Assembly: GCA_045642345.1 (NCBI GenBank)
Contig: JAZUIS010000036.1
Coordinates: 313 to 64,312 of the forward strand
Length of the DNA stretch: 64,000 nucleotides
Origin: Lachnospiraceae bacterium
Lineage (GTDB): Bacteria > Bacillota > Clostridia > Lachnospirales > Lachnospiraceae
Reading direction: 5' to 3'
The first letter of the stretch is position 1, and every line of letters begins with the position of its first letter. Under the pieces are notes generated by a model. It did not search any database. It saw only the letters and a list, made by a program, of their open reading frames with translations, and had not been told where the DNA came from. Positions 1 to 8,773 of the stretch are shown piece after piece. Position numbers and translations under genes: made by a program.

Positions 1-7
1 CTTCAAT

Positions 8-81
8 GGCCTGGTGGCTCAGCTGGTTAGAGCGCCGCCCTGTCACGGCGGAGGTCGTGGGTTCGGACCCCATCCGGGTCG
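8..81 (+). tRNA. tRNA-Asp (anticodon GTC)
   Basis: Cloverleaf read by eye. Acceptor ggcctgg/ccgggtc (one G-U), D arm gctc..gagc, anticodon stem ccgcc/ggcgg with loop ctGTCac, T arm gtggg-ttcggac-cccat. No encoded CCA. Confidence 0.9.
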
Positions 82-141
82 TTTAGCATTTATGTTTTGC
101 TTGCGAGTAAAATCGTTAGATGCTAATATATATAAGCACGT

Positions 142-214
142 GGGATCTTAGCTCAGCTGGGAGAGCATCTGCCTTACAAGCAGAGGGTCACAGGTTCGAG
201 CCCTGTAGGTCCCA
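142..214 (+). tRNA. tRNA-Val (anticodon TAC)
   Basis: Acceptor gggatct/aggtccc, D arm gctcagctgggagagc, anticodon stem tctgc/gcaga with loop ctTACaa, T arm acagg-ttcgagc-cctgt. Confidence 0.9.
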
Positions 215-223
215 CTCATATAT

Positions 224-296
224 GCCGATATGGCTCAATTGGCAGAGCAGCTGATTTGTAATCAGCAGGTTGAGGGTTCGAGTCCCCCTATCGGCT
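224..296 (+). tRNA. tRNA-Thr (anticodon TGT)
   Basis: Acceptor gccgata/tatcggc, D arm gctcaattggcagagc, anticodon stem gctga/tcagc with loop ttTGTaa. T arm gaggg-ttcgagt-ccccc has one A-C mismatch. Confidence 0.85.
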
Positions 297-319
297 TTTT
301 GATTTGTAAAAATCAAGAT

Positions 320-401
320 GGGCGGATTCCCGAGTGGCCAAAGGGGACAGACTGTAAATCTGCTGGCTATGCCTTCGATGGTTCGAATCCATCTCCGCCC
401 A
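320..401 (+). tRNA. tRNA-Tyr (anticodon GTA), long variable arm
   Basis: Acceptor gggcgga/tccgccc, anticodon loop ctGTAaa, long variable arm (ggc-tat-gcc), T arm gatgg-ttcgaat-ccatc. Same architecture as class II bacterial tRNA-Tyr. Confidence 0.88.
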
Positions 402-436
402 CTTAGCCGAAAGGCTTTTATTTTTTGAATTAATGA

Positions 437-510
437 CGCGGGATAGAGCAGTCTGGAAGCTCGTCGGGCTCATAACCCGGAGGTCGTAGGTTCAAATCCT
501 ACTCCCGCTA
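437..510 (+). tRNA. tRNA-Met (anticodon CAT), initiator-like
   Basis: Anticodon loop ctCATaa. Three consecutive G:C pairs (ggg/ccc) close the anticodon stem, and position 1:72 is a C-U mismatch. Both are initiator tRNA hallmarks. Confidence 0.85.
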
Positions 511-609
511 CTAGAGTAGGGAAGCAAGTACTTGCAAAGCAACTACTTCGTACTTGCCCATCTCGCGACAAGTCGCTTCGATGGACATCTGGCCGCTAAT
601 GCGTCCAGA

Positions 610-669
610 TAAATAATAAAAATTAAATACGCGATTGCAAGCAATCGGTCTTTAATTTATTATTATTTA
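610..669. repeat. Long imperfect AT-rich hairpin (about 25 bp of pairing) inside the Met-Phe tRNA spacer
   Basis: Central perfect stem cgattgc/gcaatcg (632-638 with 641-647). Outer arms taaataataaaaattaaa and tttaatttattattattta pair with one bulge and one small internal loop. Confidence 0.7.
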
Positions 670-691
670 GTACGCGCAGAACAACTCACTT

Positions 692-764
<73 letters not shown>

Positions 765-770
765 CACTAA

Positions 771-803
771 AGACTTCAGGTAGAGATACTTGAAGTTTTT
801 TTA
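771..803 (+). terminator. Rho-independent terminator closing the tRNA array
   Basis: About 9-bp stem (acttcaggt / acttgaagt) followed by tttttt. Confidence 0.75.
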
Positions 804-872
804 TGTTATATCTAATTTTTTATATAAAGGGTTCCGATATATATATAGGTTCTTTAAAGGGGGATTTATTAT

Positions 873-1034
873 ATGCAGGAACGTGATTTGATTGAGATGG
901 AGAACATGATTAGGAGCGGTTTGGAATTTGATGAATGTTTCAGATCTTTCCCGAATGTTTCAATTGATGAAGTTGAAAGAGTGTATATGCGGCTTAGAAA
1001 GAAAGTTTCAAGCGAAGCAAAAACTAAAAAATAA
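873..1034 (+). CDS. Small hypothetical protein, 53 aa (below the ORF-track cutoff)
   Basis: ATG preceded by a strong SD (aaagggggatttattat-ATG). Translation is MQERDLIEMENMIRSGLEFDECFRSFPNVSIDEVERVYMRLRKKVSSEAKTKK, followed 10 nt later by a perfect terminator. I recognise no family. Confidence 0.55.
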   Translation: MQERDLIEMENMIRSGLEFDECFRSFPNVSIDEVERVYMRLRKKVSSEAKTKK

Positions 1035-1044
1035 AGAACTTATA

Positions 1045-1077
1045 CCCCTTAAGCGATAAAAGCTTAAGGGGTTTTTA
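1045..1077 (+). terminator. Rho-independent terminator
   Basis: 10-bp stem ccccttaagc/gcttaagggg followed by ttttt. Confidence 0.85.
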
Positions 1078-1142
1078 TATATTTTGTTTTCCGGGAGTAT
1101 ACTCTTGTGTATAATTAAGAAAACCGTTAAGTTGAAGGAAAT

Positions 1143-1697
1143 ATGAGTATGAACATTTTAGTAATTAATTGCAGCCCTGTAAGAGACGGAGCTACAGCCG
1201 AAATTGTCAGTCTTGTTAAAGAGTATGTCAAAAAAGAAAATGAAGTAAAAACGGTTTGTATAGATGATTACGAGATTAAGCTGTGTAAAGGATGCAGGAA
1301 GTGTCATGAAACAGCGAAGTGTTTTCAAAAAGATGATGTGGATAAATTAATGGAAACATATGAATGGGCAGACAAGATTGTATCGGTTTCTCCCTCCTAT
1401 TGGGCAGACATACCGGGACAGTTCAAGGTTTTTATAGACAGATGTACGCCCTGGTGTAATACACATGAACCGCATGCAAAATTAACAAGTGGGAAGAAGG
1501 GATATACAATTGCTCTAAGAACTGGTCCGAGTATGCCGGAATGCGAGAGAGTAATAAGCAGTATAGAACATTTTCACGGACACTTGGAAATAGAATCCTG
1601 TGGAAAATTGGGATTGTGCGGAATAGAATATAAAGAGAATCTTGAAGACAGAAAAGATGAAATAAGAGAATTTTGTGAAATAATCAAAAACTCGTAA
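1143..1697 (+). CDS. Flavodoxin-fold NAD(P)H-dependent FMN reductase / iron-sulfur flavoprotein (Isf-like)
   Basis: N-terminal ILVINCSP flavodoxin-like start. Compact cysteine motif C-KG-C-RK-C-HETAK-C (CX2CX2CX5C) matches the Isf 4Fe-4S motif. Confidence 0.7.
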   Translation: MSMNILVINCSPVRDGATAEIVSLVKEYVKKENEVKTVCIDDYEIKLCKGCRKCHETAKCFQKDDVDKLMETYEWADKIVSVSPSYWADIPGQFKVFIDRCTPWCNTHEPHAKLTSGKKGYTIALRTGPSMPECERVISSIEHFHGHLEIESCGKLGLCGIEYKENLEDRKDEIREFCEIIKNS

Positions 1698-1725
1698 ATT
1701 TATTATCGGTATTGGAGAAAGATAC

Positions 1726-2553
1726 ATGAAATCAGAAGTATTTGCTTTGTTTTTTAGTCCTACGGGGAATACGAGAAAGGCGGTTCGTGCTGTTGCAAAA
1801 GGAATAGCCAAAGAATTGTCCGATGGGGACTTCTATTCAATAGATATAACATCACGTGATGACCGCCATGGAGTATACGCTTTTGGGCAGGGTGATGTGG
1901 TTGTTTTAGGATTGCCTACTTATGCGGGTCGAATTCCTAACAAAATTGAACCTTACATTTCCGGTTCGGTATACGGAGACGGTGCCTTTGCTATTCCGAT
2001 TGTGACATACGGAAACAGAGCTTTTGATGATTCGCTTAAGGAATTGGCGACGATTATGGCAGAAAACGGAATGATTCTGTGCGGCGGCGCGGCGGTGCCT
2101 TCGGAACATGCATTTACCGACAAACTGGCAAAAGGTATGCCTTCCGAATCAGATATACAGAAACTGGAAGAATATGGTCAAAAGCTGGGGCAGGCGATTA
2201 AAAAAGAAAATATAAAGAAGATTTCCTTAAGTGCGGTTCCCGGTCGTGATATGGAAGAATCGGAATACTATAAACCGCTTAAGGAAAACGGTGAACCTGC
2301 TATGTTTTTAAAAGCCCTGCCTGTGACTGACGAAAACAAATGTACCGGTTGCGGAGAATGCCAAAGTGTGTGTCCGATGGGGTGCTACAGAGAGTCTCTT
2401 GTTGAAGCACAGGGTACCTGTATTAAATGTCAGGGATGTGTCAGAATATGTCCTGTCGGTGCTAAGCATTTTGAAGATGAGGAATTGCTGAGTCATATTA
2501 AGATGCTTGAAAACAATTATTCCGATGCTCAAAACAGTATCTTGATGCTATAG
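1726..2553 (+). CDS. Flavodoxin-like domain fused to a 2x[4Fe-4S] ferredoxin domain
   Basis: N-terminal FFSPTGNTRK flavodoxin-type loop. C-terminal CTGCGECQSVCP and CIKCQGCVRICP dicluster motifs. Confidence 0.75.
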   Translation: MKSEVFALFFSPTGNTRKAVRAVAKGIAKELSDGDFYSIDITSRDDRHGVYAFGQGDVVVLGLPTYAGRIPNKIEPYISGSVYGDGAFAIPIVTYGNRAFDDSLKELATIMAENGMILCGGAAVPSEHAFTDKLAKGMPSESDIQKLEEYGQKLGQAIKKENIKKISLSAVPGRDMEESEYYKPLKENGEPAMFLKALPVTDENKCTGCGECQSVCPMGCYRESLVEAQGTCIKCQGCVRICPVGAKHFEDEELLSHIKMLENNYSDAQNSILML

Positions 2554-2602
2554 GGATTAGTTAATTCTACCTGATGAAAAATAGGATAAAGTATGCTAAA
2601 AT

Positions 2603-2638
2603 GTTTCCTGATTTTGAATAAAAGAGGAAACATTTTTT
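2603..2638 (+). terminator. Terminator-like hairpin whose 3' arm carries the SD of the next gene
   Basis: Stem gtttcct/aggaaac (7 bp, 15-nt loop) followed by atttttt, which runs directly into the ATG at 2639. Confidence 0.5.
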
Positions 2639-3424
2639 ATGTCTTTACAGGAATACTTGGATCATTATATTGTATGGCAGGATATGCTTAAATTCTTTGG
2701 CGTTGCAATGGGGGGTGCCGCAGGTAGCATAGCACTTATTCTTATATATACGAAAGTAGTATGTGCTTTTGCCGGCGGAAATCGAAAGACGGCTTTTACC
2801 AATCATTCCCTTAATGCGATACAGCGTTTTTATTCTGTAATTTTTTCGGGAGCGTCTATTCTCTCGTTTTTATCAATTTACTATCTGCTGGACAGATTTT
2901 TGGAAATAGAACAGTACAGGGAAATCTGGGAGAATCATAAAGACGGATTACTTTTATTGTTAATAGTTATTTCTATCATATTTAACAATCTCTTGGACAG
3001 AGTACTTGTGCCTGTAAGAAAAGTATCAAGGCAGGAGAGAGCTTCGGTTCGTGTAGTGGGAATGCTTTATGTTATTTTGATATTCGTATATATAAAATAT
3101 ATATATGAAAATAATAACTATGATGGATTTATTATGTATTTCCTTGGATTGATGATAGGTAGATTTGTTTATTTTGATGCATCTTTCAGGGAATTTTTCC
3201 AGACTATTCTGGATGCTTTAAAGCAGATTCCGATAATGCTGGTAGGATTGGCTTATACGGCACTTATGAGTTATTATGGTTTTTCAAAAGGCTATCTTCT
3301 TAAATCAAACGGTGTATTGGTAAGTGTATTTATTGCCCATTTGTTTATGATAGTAGCTGTTTTTATAATTCACCACAGCCATATAGTCTTACTTTTTACT
3401 AAAGGGTCCTATAAAGACAAATAA
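2639..3424 (+). CDS. Hypothetical polytopic membrane protein
   Basis: 261-aa ORF with several hydrophobic helices. No motif recognised. Confidence 0.6.
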   Translation: MSLQEYLDHYIVWQDMLKFFGVAMGGAAGSIALILIYTKVVCAFAGGNRKTAFTNHSLNAIQRFYSVIFSGASILSFLSIYYLLDRFLEIEQYREIWENHKDGLLLLLIVISIIFNNLLDRVLVPVRKVSRQERASVRVVGMLYVILIFVYIKYIYENNNYDGFIMYFLGLMIGRFVYFDASFREFFQTILDALKQIPIMLVGLAYTALMSYYGFSKGYLLKSNGVLVSVFIAHLFMIVAVFIIHHSHIVLLFTKGSYKDK

Positions 3425-3455
3425 ACAGTGCCTTTAAAAGACACGGGAGATAATT

Positions 3456-4382
3456 ATGTTAGCGAGTTTCACAATAGTAGGAACACAGGTATTAATTCTG
3501 TTTATAATGATAGGTCTTGGCTTTTTTGGAGGTAAGAAGAAATTCATTACCCAGGAAGGCGTAAGAAGTATTAATGATATTCTGTTATACTTTGTTACTC
3601 CCTGCGTTATTATTGATGCTTTTCAGAGGACATATGATCCTAAACTATTAAAAAATCTTCTTTTGTCTATGCTGGCTTCGCTTATTTCACATCTGCTTTG
3701 CTATGCACTGGGATTTTTGTTTGTAAGAAGCAAAGATATGGCAAAACGTAAGGTATTAAGATTTACGGTGGTGTATTCTAATTGCGGCTTTATGGCTCTG
3801 CCGCTTATTGAGGCACTTCTTGGAAGCGAAGGTGTATTTTACGGTGCCGGATATCTTGCTGTCTTTAATATAATGGTTTGGTCCTTCGGACAGTATAGTA
3901 TGGGCAAAGGTCAGGAAGGATTCGAAAATAAAAAGGCTGTATTAAATCCGGGAGTATTGTCTGTAGTGGTAGGATTAATATTCTTTTTTACATCAACCGC
4001 ACTGCCTGAGGTTATAGGGTCTCCTATAGCATATATTGCAGATCTTAATACGCCGCTCCCGATGCTGATTATCGGATATACAATATCAAAGCTTGACTTT
4101 AGTGAGATTTTTCATCTTACAAGCGAGTGGATAGCACTTCTTCTGAGGCTTATTGTTGCACCCGGACTGTTACTTGTGATTTTGTATTTTGCAGGATACA
4201 GGGGCACTTTACTTATGTCGTCAATCGTTTCTGCAGCCACTCCGGTAGCCGCTATAAGTGTTATGTTTTCTATTAAATTCCGCGTGGATGAGACAATGGC
4301 ATCCAAACTTGTTGCAATTTCATCTTTGTTTTCGGTATTCACTATGACAATTGTTATAGGAATAGCTAAATATCTTGCTTAA
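3456..4382 (+). CDS. AEC (auxin efflux carrier) family transporter
   Basis: 308 aa with about 10 hydrophobic segments. N-terminus and overall layout are typical of AEC/malate-permease-like proteins. Confidence 0.7.
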   Translation: MLASFTIVGTQVLILFIMIGLGFFGGKKKFITQEGVRSINDILLYFVTPCVIIDAFQRTYDPKLLKNLLLSMLASLISHLLCYALGFLFVRSKDMAKRKVLRFTVVYSNCGFMALPLIEALLGSEGVFYGAGYLAVFNIMVWSFGQYSMGKGQEGFENKKAVLNPGVLSVVVGLIFFFTSTALPEVIGSPIAYIADLNTPLPMLIIGYTISKLDFSEIFHLTSEWIALLLRLIVAPGLLLVILYFAGYRGTLLMSSIVSAATPVAAISVMFSIKFRVDETMASKLVAISSLFSVFTMTIVIGIAKYLA

Positions 4383-4416
4383 TCCCTATATTTTTGGCCG
4401 AAAGTGCCCAAATATA

Positions 4417-4425
4417 TGATATAAT
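4417..4425 (+). promoter_or_regulatory. Extended -10 promoter element TGaTATAAT
   Basis: Exact TGnTATAAT located 12 nt upstream of the ATG at 4438. No SD lies between them. Confidence 0.5.
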
Positions 4426-4437
4426 TAAAGATACGCT

Positions 4438-4977
4438 ATGAAAGTGTCAAAACGATTGGAAAGACGTTACCAGCGTCACAGAAAACTTCATAAGAAGCTT
4501 AAGGAACATGCACAGGATATTCTCGAATCCGAACAGTTTCAAAGTACCAGGGAATGTATTCAGCATGGAACTATTCCGGTTCATCGTCATTGTATTGATG
4601 TGGCCAAACAAAGTCTGATTATTTCTCAGGCACTTAAAATCCCTGTTAATGAACGCGAGATGGTAAGGGGTGCGCTGTTGCATGATTACTTTTTGTACGA
4701 CTGGCATGATACTACCCGCGAAGATTATAACGGACTTCATGGATTTTATCATCCGGGAATAGCCTTAAAGAATGCTTCCAGGGATTATGATTTGTCCGAC
4801 CGTGAAAAAGACATAATAAGTAAACATATGTGGCCGCTTACTGTTTCGAGAATTCCCAAATACAGGGAGGCCTGGATAGTGACAATGGCGGATAAATATT
4901 GTTCGACGCTTGAGACACTTAGGCTGCGCAAGGGGGCATTGGCAGCGCGTAATAAAATACATAAACGAGGAAAGTAA
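4438..4977 (+). CDS. HD-domain phosphohydrolase
   Basis: H...HD signature (VHRHCIDVA ... LLHDY) in a 179-aa protein. Confidence 0.7.
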   Translation: MKVSKRLERRYQRHRKLHKKLKEHAQDILESEQFQSTRECIQHGTIPVHRHCIDVAKQSLIISQALKIPVNEREMVRGALLHDYFLYDWHDTTREDYNGLHGFYHPGIALKNASRDYDLSDREKDIISKHMWPLTVSRIPKYREAWIVTMADKYCSTLETLRLRKGALAARNKIHKRGK

Positions 4978-4980
4978 CTT

Positions 4981-5568
4981 GTGGGTAAGTTAATATATCT
5001 GATAGGCAAGAGCTCATCAGGCAAAGATACGATTTACAGAGAACTGCTAAAGACGCAGGAATTAAAGCTTAAAAAAGTTGTACTGTATACAACCCGTCCT
5101 ATAAGGGAGGGCGAAAAAGAAGGAGTCCAATATAATTTCGTAGATGATGAGACCTTCTTTGCACTTAAGAAGGACGGTAAGGTTATCGAAGACAGACAGT
5201 ATAATACATACTACGGATTGTGGCGGTATTTTACCGTGGATGATGGAATGATAGACCTTGAGAATCATAACTATTTGATAATCGGTACGTTAGAGTCTTA
5301 TGTAAGAACTGCCGAGTATTATGGTTCGGATAAGGTTCTTCCGATTTATCTTGACTTGGATGACGGCATAAGACTTCAAAGAGCACTTAACAGGGAAATG
5401 ACACAGGAAGTTCCCAAATACGAAGAAATGTGTCGAAGATTCCTGGCAGATTCCGAAGATTTTTCGGATGATAAGATGGAAGAAGCCGGCATTACGAAAC
5501 GATTCAATAATGAAGATTTAAATAAGTGTTTGGAAGAGATTAAAGCATATCTTTTTGAGTTCATATAG
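4981..5568 (+). CDS. Guanylate kinase-like protein
   Basis: GTG start after gaggaaag. P-loop GKSSSGKDT and YTTRPIREGEKEGVQYNFV resemble the guanylate kinase TTRPPR..G..Y.FV block. Confidence 0.7.
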   Translation: MGKLIYLIGKSSSGKDTIYRELLKTQELKLKKVVLYTTRPIREGEKEGVQYNFVDDETFFALKKDGKVIEDRQYNTYYGLWRYFTVDDGMIDLENHNYLIIGTLESYVRTAEYYGSDKVLPIYLDLDDGIRLQRALNREMTQEVPKYEEMCRRFLADSEDFSDDKMEEAGITKRFNNEDLNKCLEEIKAYLFEFI

Positions 5569-5575
5569 GTGACAG

Positions 5576-6016
5576 ATGGATATTAAAGTAAACGCTTCGG
5601 CACCAATTGCACAACCGGAAATTGCTAAGCCTGTACAGGAAACCGACGCAAGTTTTAAGTTTACTCTTATGAGTCAGATTGATGATGCCGGTTTGCAGGA
5701 GCGCCTTACTTCCATGATGGAAGAAATTACCATGCAGGGTGATAAGCTGGCTAAGAAGCGTGATATCAAAGATATGAAGAAATACAGAAGTCTGATTAAA
5801 GACTTCATGAATGAGATAGTAAGTCGATCCCATGAGTTTAGCAGAGAGAATTTCCTTGATAAGAAGGGTCGTCATCGTGTGTACGGAATAATACGTTTGG
5901 TTGATGAAAATCTTGATGCACTTGCCAAGGAACTCATGAAAGATGAAAAAGACCATATGGCCATTCTTAATAAGATAGGTGAAATCAGAGGCTTATTACT
6001 TGATATTTTTACATAA
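5576..6016 (+). CDS. yaaR: YaaR-like protein (DUF327 family)
   Basis: 146 aa. It sits immediately upstream of holB, as in the B. subtilis yaaR-holB-yaaT arrangement. Confidence 0.65.
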   Translation: MDIKVNASAPIAQPEIAKPVQETDASFKFTLMSQIDDAGLQERLTSMMEEITMQGDKLAKKRDIKDMKKYRSLIKDFMNEIVSRSHEFSRENFLDKKGRHRVYGIIRLVDENLDALAKELMKDEKDHMAILNKIGEIRGLLLDIFT

Positions 6017-6044
6017 AGCAGTCGCATAAGTAGGAGGTGGAATT

Positions 6045-7037
6045 GTGGCAAAATTCTCGGATATTGTTGGTCAGGAACAGTTAAAAGAACATTTGGCCAA
6101 TGCAATTAAACTGAATAAAGTGTCGCATGCATATATTATTAACGGTGAAAGAAACTGCGGTAAAGAGTTTATGGCAAAAATATTTGCCCAAAGACTGCAG
6201 TGTGAGAATCCGCAGGATGAGGAACCTTGCGGCGAATGCCATTCGTGTATTCAGGCCGAAAGCCTTAATCATCCGGATATTAAGTTCGTTTCACATGAGA
6301 AACCCAATGTTATCGGTGTGGATGATATACGTGATCAGATTAATAATGATATAGCAATAATGCCTTATCAGGGGCCTAAAAAGATATACATTATCAATGA
6401 TGGTGAAATGATGACGGTACAGGCTCAGAATGCTCTTCTTAAGACTCTTGAAGAGCCCCCGGAGTATGCGGTAATCATTATTCTTACCAATAATGTTGAT
6501 TTGTTCCTTCCGACCATATTAAGCAGATGTGTAGTACTTAATTTTAAGCCGGTAGAAGATGATAAAATAAAGGATTTCCTTATGGAGCATCTGATGATGC
6601 CGGACTACAAGGCTCAGATTTGTGTGGCATTTGCAAGAGGTAACGTGGGTAAGGCGCGTTTACTTGCCAAGTCGGAGGAATTTGATAAGGTTAAGGACGA
6701 AGCGCTGGCGTTGCTCAAGAATATTGATGATATGGAAATCAACGAAGTCGTTATGTCCATTAAGAAGATAAATGAGTATAAGTTTGATGCGAACGATTAT
6801 CTTGATATCTTTTCAATCTGGTACAGAGATATGTTGTTGTTTAAAGCAACTCATGATGCCAACGGACTTGTATTCCGTGAGGAATTACAGTATATTCGTA
6901 AGGCGGCCGACAAGAGCACATACGAGGGTATTGAAACAATTATCGAGGCTCTCGAAAAATGTAAGCAAAGACTTCGCGCCAATGTTAATTTTGAATTGTC
7001 GATGGAATTATTGCTGCTTACAATAAAAGAAAATTAA
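6045..7037 (+). CDS. holB: DNA polymerase III delta' subunit
   Basis: GTG start after aggagg. Contains the HAYII.G..G.GK box, a C-x2-C-x2-C zinc module (CGECHSC), HPD and the SRC sensor motif. Confidence 0.88.
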   Translation: MAKFSDIVGQEQLKEHLANAIKLNKVSHAYIINGERNCGKEFMAKIFAQRLQCENPQDEEPCGECHSCIQAESLNHPDIKFVSHEKPNVIGVDDIRDQINNDIAIMPYQGPKKIYIINDGEMMTVQAQNALLKTLEEPPEYAVIIILTNNVDLFLPTILSRCVVLNFKPVEDDKIKDFLMEHLMMPDYKAQICVAFARGNVGKARLLAKSEEFDKVKDEALALLKNIDDMEINEVVMSIKKINEYKFDANDYLDIFSIWYRDMLLFKATHDANGLVFREELQYIRKAADKSTYEGIETIIEALEKCKQRLRANVNFELSMELLLLTIKEN

Positions 7038-7083
7038 GCGTAAAGCTAAAATATTTGTGGTTATAGATGGAGGTTTATAGATT

Positions 7084-7992
7084 ATGGTAAAAGTTATAGG
7101 TGTCAGATTCAGAACTGCGGGCAAAATTTACTACTTTGACCCGGGCACGTACGATATTAAGAAAACGGATCACGTTATTGTAGAAACGGCAAGAGGCGTT
7201 GAATACGGAACCGTAGTGGGAGATCCAAAGGAAGTTCCAGAAGATCAGGTGGTGGCACCGTTAAAGCCTATTCTTAGAATTGCATCTGCCAAAGATGACG
7301 AGCAGGCACTTAAGAATAAAGATAAAGAAAAAGAAGCATTCAAAATCTGCCTTGAGAAGATTCATAAGCATGAGCTTGAAATGAAACTGATTGATGCGGA
7401 ATATACTTTTGACAATAATAAGGTATTGTTCTATTTTACTGCCGACGGAAGAATCGATTTCAGAGAATTGGTTAAAGACCTGGCAGCAGTATTTAAAACC
7501 AGAATTGAGTTAAGACAGATAGGTGTAAGAGACGAGACAAAGATTCGCGGAGGAATCGGAATTTGCGGAAGACCTTTATGTTGCCATGCACATTTGTCCG
7601 ATTTTATCCCCGTTTCAATCAAAATGGCCAAAGAGCAGAATCTATCCCTTAATCCTACTAAGATTTCGGGTGTATGCGGAAGACTGATGTGCTGTCTTAA
7701 ACATGAAGAAGATACATATGAAGAACTTAATCGAAATCTTCCTTTCGTAGGCGATTTTGTTACCGCAAGTGACGGAAAGAAGGGTGAAGTGGTATCGGTT
7801 AATGTGCTTCGTCAGCTTGTTAAGGTTATCGTTGAAGAAGACGGTGAAAAAGAAATACAGGAATATAAAGCAGCCGATCTTAAGTTTAAACATCGTAAGC
7901 ACCATAACAGAAATGATGTTTCCGAAGAAGATTTGAAAGAACTTGAGAAGATGGAAAAGAGTGACATGAAGTCTAAATTGGATGACAATTAG
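7084..7992 (+). CDS. ricT: PSP1-domain protein RicT/YaaT (stage 0 sporulation protein-like)
   Basis: Starts VIGVRFRTAGKIYYFDPG and carries a Cys-rich CGRPLCC...CGRLMCC block. Synteny after holB supports the call. Confidence 0.85.
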   Translation: MVKVIGVRFRTAGKIYYFDPGTYDIKKTDHVIVETARGVEYGTVVGDPKEVPEDQVVAPLKPILRIASAKDDEQALKNKDKEKEAFKICLEKIHKHELEMKLIDAEYTFDNNKVLFYFTADGRIDFRELVKDLAAVFKTRIELRQIGVRDETKIRGGIGICGRPLCCHAHLSDFIPVSIKMAKEQNLSLNPTKISGVCGRLMCCLKHEEDTYEELNRNLPFVGDFVTASDGKKGEVVSVNVLRQLVKVIVEEDGEKEIQEYKAADLKFKHRKHHNRNDVSEEDLKELEKMEKSDMKSKLDDN

Positions 7993-8013
7993 TTTGAAAT
8001 TACGAAGTAAGTC

Positions 8014-8760
8014 ATGGGAGATATAATGGAACTTAATCCGGGCGAAAGAATTGACGACTTACAAATAAATGATTTAAAACTGATTCAGAATCCGGAATGC
8101 TTTTGCTTTGGGATGGATGCTGTTTTGCTATCTGCTTTTGTAAAATCAAAAGAAGGTGACCGAGTGCTGGATCTTGGAACCGGAAACGGCGTTATTCCTA
8201 TTTTGTTAAGTGCCAAGACAAGTGCAGCTTCTTTAGTAGGTCTGGAACTTCAACCTATTAATGTTTCGTTGGCTCAAAGAAGTGTTGAGTATAATTCACT
8301 TCAGGAAAAGATATCCATTGTTGAAGGTGATATTAAGGAAGCAGCTAAAATATTTGGTGCTGCTTCTTTTGATGTTGTAACAACCAATCCGCCGTATATG
8401 AATGAAAATCATGGGCTTGTGAATGATTATTCGGTAAAGGCGATAGCGCGTCATGAACTTATGTGCACACTTGAGGATGTGATATCTCAGGCCTCAAAGC
8501 TTCTTAAACCACAGGGTAATTTCTTTATGGTGCACAGACCTCATCGACTGGTAGATATCTTTGATTTGATGCGCAGGTACAGGATTGAACCCAAAAGGAT
8601 GAGAATGGTATATCCTTTTGCGGATAAGGAACCCAATATGGTTCTTATTGAAGGATTAAGAGGCGGAAAAGCAAATCTCGTAGTTGAGCGTCCGCTCGTG
8701 GTATATAAGAGCGTAGGTGAATATACAGAAGATATTCATGCAATATATGACAGGAATTAA
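8014..8760 (+). CDS. tRNA (adenine-N6)-methyltransferase, TrmN6/YabB-like
   Basis: SAM motif LDLGTGNG and catalytic NPPY. The N-terminus aligns by eye with B. subtilis YabB. An alternative ATG at 8026 has the better SD (gggag). Confidence 0.8.
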   Translation: MGDIMELNPGERIDDLQINDLKLIQNPECFCFGMDAVLLSAFVKSKEGDRVLDLGTGNGVIPILLSAKTSAASLVGLELQPINVSLAQRSVEYNSLQEKISIVEGDIKEAAKIFGAASFDVVTTNPPYMNENHGLVNDYSVKAIARHELMCTLEDVISQASKLLKPQGNFFMVHRPHRLVDIFDLMRRYRIEPKRMRMVYPFADKEPNMVLIEGLRGGKANLVVERPLVVYKSVGEYTEDIHAIYDRN

Positions 8761-8773
8761 GATAGGATAAACT

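Noticed and set aside
288-473. 61-aa minus-strand ORF in the track
   Set aside because: It lies entirely across tRNA-Thr, tRNA-Tyr and tRNA-Met. It has no SD and is an artefact of tRNA sequence.
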